Shown here one piece after another: positions 54,201-64,000 of a stretch of DNA of 64,000 nt; position 1 is the first letter of the stretch, and each line of letters opens with the position of its first letter. Both the position numbers and the translations under genes were made by a program. Under the pieces are notes generated by a model, which saw only the letters and a list, made by a program, of their open reading frames with translations, did no database searches and had not been told where the DNA came from. The DNA is from the human T2T-CHM13v2.0 reference genome, Homo sapiens: the NCBI RefSeq assembly GCF_009914755.1, contig NC_060947.1; one strand, 5' to 3'.

Positions 54201-57200
54201 TATTGTCCATGAAAACTTCCCCAACCTTGCTAGAGAGGTCAACAGTCAAAAGCAAGAAATACAGAGAACCCCTGCAAGATTCTACACAAGAAGATCATTT
54301 CTAAGACACATAATCATCAGATTTTCCAAGGTAGAAATGAAAGAAAGAATGTTAAAGGCAGCTAGCCAGAAAGGGTAGGTCACCTTCAAAGGGATCCCCA
54401 TCAGGCTAACAATGGAACTCTCAGCTGAAACCCTATGAGCCAGAAAAGACTGGGGGCCTATATTCAACACTTATAAAGAAAAAAACTTCAACCAAAAATT
54501 TCATATCCAGCCAAACTAAGCTTCCTAAGTGAAGGAGAAATAAGATCCTTTTCAGATAAGCAATGTTGAAGTACTTCACGACCACCAGACCTGTCTCAGA
54601 AGAGATCTTGAAAGGAGCACTAAATATAGAAAGGAAAGACTGCTACCAGTGAATAGTGAAGCTGGAACGGATGCTGACAGAACAAATGTTCAATGAAGAG
54701 GATGGAAAGTAGCGCATCACTGAGGCTGGACTCCAGATCTGCACTGCCAGCCAGCTGGGGTCTGACTGCACATGGCTTCTGATGAATCTTGTGTTTTTTA
54801 CAAATTGGAGCAGGGACAGATCATAGATTTCTGATTTTATGTAAAGTTTTGCCTAATACATTAAAGCAGTCACTTTTCCTGTGCTGTTTCCAAAAAAAAA
54901 AAAAAGAAAAGAAAAAAGAAAAACACACTTAAACACACTGACCAGTGTCACTGCAAAGCAAGCACACAAATAAACCAACATAACAACCAGCTAATAGTAC
55001 AATGACAGGATCAAATTCACACATATCAATACTAACCTTGAATGTAAATGGGCTAAATGCCCCACTTAAAAGGCACAGAGTGGCAAGCTGAGTTAAAAAG
55101 CAAGATCCAATGGCATGCTGTCTTCAAGAGACCCATCACACATGTAATTACACTTATAGGCTCAAAATAAAGGGATGGAGAAAAATCTACCAAGCTAATG
55201 GAAAACAGAAAAAAGCGGGGGTTGCAATCCTAATTTCTGACAACAGACTGCAAACCAACAAATATAAAAAAAGACAAGGAAGGGCATTACATAATGGTAA
55301 AGGGTTCGATTCAACAAGAAGATCCTAAGTATCCTAAATATATATGTACCCAACACAGGAGTATCTAGATTCATAAAGCAAGTTCTTAGAGATGTACAAA
55401 GAGACAGAGTCCCACACAATAATAGTGGGAGACTTCCACACACCACTGACAGTTTTAGACAGATAAATGAGACAGAAAATTAACAAAAACATTCAGGACC
55501 TAAACTCAGCATTGGGCCAAATGGATCTGAGAGACCTTTACAGAAGTCTCCACCCAAAAACAACAGAATATAAATTCTTCTCATTGCCACATGGCACATA
55601 CTCTAAAATCAGCCACATAGATGGACATAAAACAATCCTCAACAAAAGTAAAAGAATGAAAATCTTACAAAACACACTCTGGAACCACAGTGCCATAAAA
55701 ATAGAAGTAAACACAATAAAAATTGCTCAAAACTATACAATTACATAGAAATTAAACAACATGCTCCTGAATGACTTTTAGGTAAATAATGAAATTAAGG
55801 CAGAAATTAAGTAGTTCTTTGAAAATAATTAGATCAAAGATACAACATACCAGAATCTCTGGGACACAGCTAGGGTGGTATTAAAGAGGGAAATTCATAG
55901 CACTAAATGCCCATATCAAAAAGCTAGAAAGATCTCAAATTAACAACCTAACATAACAACTGAAAGAATTAGAGAAGCAAGAACAAATAAACCCCAAATG
56001 CTAGCAGAAAATGAGAAATAACAAAAATCACAGCTGAACTGAAGGAAATCAAGACATGAAAAACCATTCAAAAGATCAACAAATCCAGGAACTGGTTTTT
56101 TTGAAACATTAAAAAAATGGATAGGCCACTAGCTAGACTAATTAAGAAGAAAAGGGAGAAGATCCAATAAACACAATCAGAAATGACAAAGAGAATGTTA
56201 CTACTGTCCCCACAGAAGTAAAAACCATCAGAAGCTACTATGAACACCTGTATGCACACAAACTAGAAAACCTAAAAGAGATAAATTCCTAGACACATAT
56301 ACCCTTCTAAGGCTGAACAAAGAAGAAATGGACTCCTTGAAAAGACCAAGAATGAGCTCCAAAATTGAATCAGTAATAAACAGCCTACTAAATGAAAATG
56401 CCTAGGACCTGATGGATTCACAGCCAAATTCTACGAGATTACAAAGAGCTGGTACCATTCCTACCGAGACTATTCCAGAAAAATGAGGAGGAAGGACTCC
56501 TCTCCAACTCATTCTGAGGCCAGCATTATCTTGATACCAAAACATGGCAGAGACACAACAATAGCCACAACAACAATTCACCTTCAGGCCTATATCCTTG
56601 ATGAAAATTGTTGCAAAAATCCTCAATAAAATATTTGCAAACTGAATCCAGCAGCATATCACCAAGCCAATCCACCATGATCAGGTAGATTTCATCCCCG
56701 GAATGCAAAGTTGTTTCAACATATGAAAATGAATAAATGTGATTAATCACATAAATAGAACTAAAGACAAAAACCACATGATTATCTCAATAGATTCAAG
56801 AAATGCTTTTAATAAAATTCAACATCCCTTCATGTTAAAATAACTAGGTATTGAAGTAACATACCTCAAAATAATAAGAGCCATCTATGACAAAGTCCCA
56901 GCCAACATTATACTGAATGGGCAAAAGCAGGAAGCATTCTCCTTGAAAACCGGCACAAGACAAGGTTGTCCTCTCTCATCCCTTCTATTCAACGTAGTAT
57001 GGGAAGTCCTAGCCAAAACAATCAGGAAAGAGAGATAAATAAGTGGCATCCAAATAGGAAGAGAAGAAGTCAAACTATATCTGTTTGCAGATGATATGAT
57101 TCTCTATCTAGAAAACCCCATAGTCTTGGCCAAAAGCTCCTTCAGGTGATAAACAACTTTAGCAAAGTTGCAGGACACAAAATCAATGTACAAAAATCAC

Positions 57201-59031
57201 TAGCATTCCTATACACCAACAACAGTCAAACCAAGAGCCAAATCAGGAACGAATTCCCATTCACAATTGCCACAAAAAAGTAAAATATTTAGAAATACAG
57301 CTAACCAGGGAGGTGAAAGATCTCTACAATGAGAATTACAAACTACTGCTCAAAGAAATTAGAGAAGACACAAACAAATGGAAAAATATCCCATGCTGAT
57401 GGACAGGTAGAATCAATATCATTAAAATGGCTATACTGCTGGAAGCAATGTACAGATTCCATGCTATTCCTATCAAATTACCAGTGTCATTTTTCACTTA
57501 ACTAGAAAAATGTTTTAAAATTCTCATGGAAGCAAAAACGAGCCTGAATAGCCAAGGCAATCCAAAGCAAAAAGAACAAAGCTGGAGGAATCATGTTAGC
57601 CAACTTGAAACTATACTACAAGGATACAGTGACAAAAACAGCATAGTACTGGTACAAAAACAGGCACATAGACCAAAGGAACACAATAGAGAGCCCAGAA
57701 ATAAGGCTGCACATCTATGAACATGTGGTCTTTGACAAAGCTGACAAAAATAAACAATGGGGAAAAGACTCCCTATTCAATAAATGGTGCTGGGATAACT
57801 GGTTCACCATATTCAGACAGTTAAAGCTGGACCCCTTCCTTACACCATATACAAAAATCAATTCAAGATGGATTAAAGAATTAAGTATAAAACCCCAAAC
57901 TACAAAAACCCAGGAAGACAATCTAAGCAGTATTATCCTGGACACAGGAATGGATAAAGAGTTCATGACAAAGACACTGAAAGCAATCACAACAATAGCA
58001 AAAATTGACAAATAGTATCTAATTAAACCTAAGAGCTTCTGCCCAGCAAAGGAGAATATCAACAGAGTAAACAGACAACCTACAAAATGGAGGAAAATAT
58101 TTGCAAGCTGTGCATCTGACAAAGGTCTAATATCTATCATGTATAAGGAACTTAGGTAAATTTACAAGAGAGAAACAAACAACCCCATTAAAAAGTAGGC
58201 AAAGGACATGAGCAGATGCTTCTCAAAAGAAGACATACATGCAGCAAACAAACATATAAAAAAAGCTCAATATCACTGATCATTAGAGAAATGCAAATCA
58301 AAACCACAATGAGATACCATCTTACAGCAGTCAGAATGGGTATTATAATAAAGTCAAAAAATAACAGATGCTGGTGAGGTTACAGAGAAAAGGGAACCCT
58401 TATACACTGCTGGTGGGAGTGTAAATTAGTTCAACCATTGTGGAAAGCACTATAGCAATTCCTCAAAGATCTAAAAGCAGAACTACCATTTCACCCAGCA
58501 ATCCTGTTACTGGGTATATACCCAGAGGAATATAAAGCATTCTGCCATAAAGACACATGCACACAAATGTTCACTGCAGCACTGTTCACAATAGCAAAGA
58601 TGTGGAATCAACCTAAATGCCCATCAATGACAGACTGGATAAAGAAAATGTGGCACCCATACACCATGGAATATTATTCAGTCATAGAAAAGAATGAGAT
58701 CATGTCTTTTGTGGGAATATGGATTGAGCTGGAGGCTATCATCCTTAGCAAACTAACTGAGGAACAGAAAACCAAATACTGCATGTTCTCACTTATAAGT
58801 GGGAGCTAAATGATGAGAACTTATGAACAAAAAGAAGGAAAAAACAGACACTGGTGTCTACTTGAGGGCAGGGGGTGAGAGGAGGAAGAGGAGCAGAAAA
58901 GATGACTATTAGGTACTAAGCCTAATACCTGGGTGATGTAATAATACATACAACAAATCCCCGTGACATGAGTTTACCTATATAAGAAACCTTCACGTGT
59001 ACCACCAAACCTAAAATAAAAAATAAAAAAT
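51233..59031 (+). mobile_element. Full-length L1PA12-like LINE-1, degenerate
   Basis: 5' start gtggccaagatggtcaactagaagcagc; ORF1 and ORF2 fragments; 3' gagaacttatgaacaaaaagaagg; TSD aagaaacaa (51224-51232 and 59032-59040). Confidence 0.88.
54655..54923 (+). pseudogene. TALDO1: 5'-truncated processed pseudogene fragment of transaldolase TALDO1 (last 18 codons, 3'UTR and poly(A))
   Basis: 54656-54712 translates VKLERMLTEQMFNEEDGK*, versus the recalled TALDO1 C-terminus VKLERMLTERMFNAENGK*. ATTAAA at 54860-54865; A tail from 54892. Confidence 0.9.
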
Positions 59032-60618
59032 AAGAAACAAGACCTAACTATGTTGCCTACAAGAAATCTATTTCACCTATAAAGACACACATAAGTACAT
59101 AAATGGAAAATGATACTCCATGCAACTGGAAACCAAAAAAGATCAGGAGTAACTTACTCATATCTGATAAAATGAATTACAAATAAAATATATAGAAAGA
59201 GACACAGAAGGTCACTATATAATGATAAAGGGTCAATTCAACAAGATGATATAACAATTATAAATATCAATGCACTCAACACAGGAGTACTGAAGTATAT
59301 AAAACAAACATCACTAAATCTAAAAGGAAGAGATAGACTGCAATAAAATAACAGTAGGGCAGTTTAACACCCCATTTTCAGTAAAGGGAGTATCCTCCAG
59401 ACAGAAAATCAACAAAGATATCAGAATTAAACTACACACTATACCTAATAGGCCCAAGTGACATTTATGGAACATTTCACACAATTGCTACAGAATATAC
59501 ATTCTTTTCTTCAGCACATAGAGCATTCTCTAGAATAGGCCAGATCTTAGGCCACAAAACTAGCATCACCAAATTCTAAAAAGTAGAAATCATATCAATT
59601 ACATTTTCTTGAGCTTCATTTTCTGTCCTGATTTTTAAAAAGTATTTTTTCTGACCACAATGGATAAAACTAGAAATAAATAAGATGAACCCTGGAACCT
59701 GCACAAACACATAGAAATTAAAAAGCATGCTCCTGGGCCAATGAGTCAATGAAGAAAATTAAGAAAGAAATTAAAAAATGTCTTGAAACAAATGGAAATG
59801 GTAGTACAACATACTAAAATCTATAGGACACAGCAAAGCAGTACTAAAAGGGAAGTTTATATAAATGCCTACATCAAAAAAGTAGAAAGACTTGAAAAAA
59901 GAACGTAACCATGCACCTTAAGGAACTAGAAAAGCAAGAATGAACCAAACACCAAATTAGTAGAAGGAAAGAAATAATAAATATCAGATCAGAAACAAAT
60001 AAAATTAATATTTTCCAAAGCAATACAGAAGACCAATGAAACAAAAAGTTGGATTTTTGAAGATAAAATTGACAAAATATTAGCAAGATTAACCAAGGAA
60101 AAAAGAGAGAAGACCCAAATAAATAGAATCAGAAGTGAAAATGGGATATTACAACTGATGCCACAGAAATACAAAGAATCATTAGAGATTATAATGAAAA
60201 ACTATACACCAACAAATAGGAAAACCTTGAAGAAATGGATAAATTCCTTGACACATACAACCTACCAAGGTTGAACCATGAAGAAACAGAATGCTGAATA
60301 AACCAATGAGTAATGAGATTGATGGTGTAAAAAAAAGTCTTCCATCAAAAAAAAAAAAAAAAAGATGGCGTCACTGCTGAATTCTACCAAATGTTTAAGG
60401 AAGAACTAATAACAATTTTACTTAACCTTTCACAAAAATTGAAGAGGTGGGAATACTACTAAACTCTACAAGGCCAGCATTACCCTGATACCCAAACCAA
60501 ACAAGGACACAGTGAAAAAAGAAAACTCAGGCCAATATCACGGATGAACACAAAATGTTAAGATCCTCAACAAAATACTAGCAAACTGAACTCAATCACA
60601 AATTTAAAACATTAGTCA

Positions 60619-61875
60619 GAGCTCAATGTTGCCCAGGCTGGAGTGCAGTGGCGTGATCTTGGCTCGCTACAGCCTCCACCTCCCAGCTGCCTGCCTTGGC
60701 CTCCCAAAGTGCCGAGATTGCAGCCTCTGCCCAGCCGCTACCCCGTATGGGAAGTGAGGAGCGTCTCTGCCCGGCTGCCCATCGTCTGAGATGTGGGGAG
60801 TGCCTCTGCCTGGCCGCGACCCCATCTGGGAACTGAGGAGTGTCTCTGCCCGACCGCCACCCCATCTGGGAGGTGAGGAGCGTCTCTGCCCGGCCGCCCC
60901 GTCTGAGAAGTGAGGAGCCTCTCCGCCCAGCAGCCGTCCCATCTGGGAAGTGAGGAGCCCCTCCACCCGGCAGCCACCCCGTCTGGGAAGTGAGGAGTGT
61001 CTCCACCTGGCAGCCGCCCCGTCCAGGAGGTGGGGGGCAGCCCCCGCCCAGCCAGCTGCCCTGCCCAGGAGGGAGGTGGGAGGCAGCCCCCGCCCGGCCA
61101 GCCACCCCGCCTGGCCAGCCGCCCCGTCCGGGAGGGAGGTGGGGGGCAGCCCCCGCCCGGCCAGCCGCCCCGTCCGGGAGGGAGGTGGGGGGCAGCCCCC
61201 GCCCGGCCAGCTGCCCCGTTTGGGAGGTGGGGGACAGCCCCCACCCAGCAGCCGCCCCGTCTGGGAGGTGGGGGGCGCCTCTGCCTGGCCACCCCATCTG
61301 GGAAGTGAGGAGCCCCTCTGCCCGGCCGCCACCCCATCTGGGAGGTGTGCCCAACAGCTCATTGAGAATGGGCCATGATGACGATGGCAGTTTTGTCAAA
61401 TAGAAAGGGGGGAAATGTGGGGAAAAGAAAGAGAAATCAGATTGTTGCGTTGTCTGTGTAGAAAGAAGTAGACATAGGAGACTCCATTTTGTTCTGTACT
61501 AAGAAAAATTCTTCTGCCTTGGGATGCTGTTAATCTATAACCTTACCCCCAACCCCGTGCTCTCTGAAACATGTGCTGTGTCCACTCAGGGTTAAATGGA
61601 TTAAGGGCGGTGCAAGATGTGCTTTGTTAAACAGATGCTTGAAGGCAGCATGCTCGTTAAGAGTCATCACCACTCCCTAATCTCAAGTACCCAGGGACAC
61701 AAACACTGCAGAAGGCCGCAGGGTCCTCTGCCTAGGAAAACCAGAGTCCCTTGTTCACATGTTTATCTGCTGACCTTCCCTCCACTATTGTCCTATGACC
61801 CTGCCAAATCCCCCTCTCCGAGAAACACCCAAGAATGATCAATAAATACTAAAAAAAAAATAAAAAATAAATAAA
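60619..61875 (+). mobile_element. 5'-truncated SVA (SVA_B/C-like): partial Alu-like region, VNTR, SINE-R, poly(A)
   Basis: gctcaatgttgcccagg; GC-rich VNTR; SINE-R ending aagaatgatcaataaatac; perfect 14-bp TSD taaaacattagtca (60605-60618 and 61876-61889). Confidence 0.95.
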
Positions 61876-62847
61876 TAAAACATTAGTCACCACAGTCAAA
61901 TGAGATTCATCCCAGGGATGCAAGGATGGTTCAACATACACAAATCAATAAATTTGATGCATCACATTGACAGAACCAAGAAAAAAAGCACATGATTATT
62001 TCAATAGCTGCTGAAGAAGCATTTGATAGAATACAAGTTCCCTATATGATAAAAACCCTTAACAAACTGGGTATAAAAGGATCATACCTCAAATTAATAC
62101 AGGCCATATATGACAAACCCACAGCTAACATAATACTGAATGGGAAAAATTGAAAGCTGATCCTCTAAGATCTGGAACAAGATGAGGAGGCCCACTTTCA
62201 CCAATTTTATGCAACATAATACTAGAAATCCTGGCCAAAGCAATCAGATAAGGGAAATAAATAAAGGGGATCCAAATTGGAAAGGAAGAAGCCAAGTTAT
62301 CCTTGGTTGCAGATGACCTGATATTTAGGAAACCCTAAGAACTCCACCAAAAAACTGTTAGAACTAATAAATGAATTTAGTAAAGCTGCAAGATACAAAA
62401 TCAACCTACGAAAATCAGTAGAATTTATGCACACCAACAACAAACAATCTTAAGAAATAAATCAAGGAAGTAATTCCATTTCAAATAGTTACAAAGTATA
62501 TAAAATACCTAGGAATTAATTTAAGAAGTGAAAGATCTATAGAAGGATAACTATAAAACATTGATGAAAAAGGTTAAAGAGGATATAAAGGAAAAATGGA
62601 AAAATATTTCATGTGCATGGATTGGAAGAAGAATCAATATTGTTAAAATGTCCATTCTACCCAAAGCAATCTACAGATTCAATGCAATCCCTATCAAAAT
62701 ACCAATGGCATTCTTCACAGAAATGGAAAAAATAATTCTTAAATGTATGTGGAACAAAAAAAGACCCCAAATAGTCAAAGCAATCCTGAACAAAAAGAAC
62801 AAAACTGGAGGCACCACACTACCTAATTTCAAAATATACTACAAAGT

Positions 62848-63146
62848 GGTCAGGCACTGTGGCTCATGCCTGTAATCCCAGCATTTTGGGAGACTCAGGT
62901 GGGCAGATCACTTGAGGCCGGGAGTTTGAGACCAGCATGGCCAACATGGCAAGACCCTGTCTCTACTAAAAAACAAAAATTAGACAGGCATTGTGTACGC
63001 CTGTAATCCTAGCTACTCAGGAGCCTGAGGCAAGAGAATTGCTTGAACCTGTGAGGTGGAGATTTCAGTGAGCTGAGATTGTGCCACTACACTCCAGCCC
63101 AGGCAACCAAGGAAGTCCCTGCCAAAAAAAAAAAAAAAAAAAAAAA
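62848..63146 (+). mobile_element. AluS/J (Sz/Jb-like)
   Basis: cagatcacttgaggccgggagtttgagacc; long A tail. Confidence 0.9.
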
Positions 63147-63157
63147 CACTACAAAGT

Positions 63158-63464
<307 letters not shown>

Positions 63465-64000
63465 AACACTACAAAGCAATGTTAAGTAAATCAGCATGGT
63501 GCATGGTGTTGGGATAAAAACACACATAGACCAATGAAGACAATAAAGAAACCAGGTCTAAGTCTACACATTTACAGTCAACTCATTTTTGACAAAGGTG
63601 CCAAGAACATACAATGTAGAAAGAACAGTCTCTTCAGCTGACGGTGCTGTGAAAACTGGACAACCATATACAGAAGAATGAAACTAGACCCATATCTCTC
63701 TCCGTATACAAAAGTCAAATCAAAATGGATTGAAGACTTAAATCTAAAGCCTGAAATTATGAATTGACTAGAAGAAAATTTGGGGGAAATGCTCCAGGAC
63801 AAGACGTTGAAAGCACAGGCAACCAAAGCAAAAATAGACAATTGGGATTACATAAAGGTAAAAAGCTTCTGCACAGCAAAGAAAACAACCAACAAAGTGA
63901 AGAGACAACCCATAGAATGGGAGAAAATATTTGCAAACTATCCATCTGACAAAGGATTTATAACCAGAATATATAAGGAGCTCAAACAACTTAATAGCAA

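Noticed and set aside
51233-59031. Retrotransposition-competent full-length L1
   Set aside because: ORF1 and ORF2 are broken into many short fragments by stops and frameshifts, and the subfamily is old.
60623-61403. Long overlapping ORFs (103-258 aa) in all six frames
   Set aside because: They lie in the GC-rich SVA VNTR, which lacks stop codons; the products are low-complexity P/G/R peptides, not genes.

Overview
Hominoid, most likely human, genomic DNA: it contains an SVA and an AluYc1-type element. No intact protein-coding gene is supported. The window is dominated by nested retrotransposons. (1) 1-12.8 kb is a stack of minus-strand L1s with a THE1 provirus, an HSMAR2 mariner and Alus. 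(2) 13-40 kb is more unique. It holds a very young AluYc1, a full MER41B provirus with surviving STAT GAS motifs, MIR/L2 relics, several local duplications, an RPL21 processed pseudogene and some weak candidate exons. (3) 40.7-64 kb is one old plus-strand L1 split by two near-full-length L1s inserted about 24 bp apart. These in turn carry an internally deleted HERV-L with an in-frame gag-dUTPase junction and a small TALDO1 retrocopy; an SVA and a tandem Alu pair follow. Subfamily calls come from recalled consensus sequences, not from a RepeatMasker run, and boundaries of old repeats are approximate. I found no convincing new biological system. The best leads are the HERV-L gag-dUTPase fusion, the TALDO1 retrofragment, the MER41B GAS pattern and the candidate exons.
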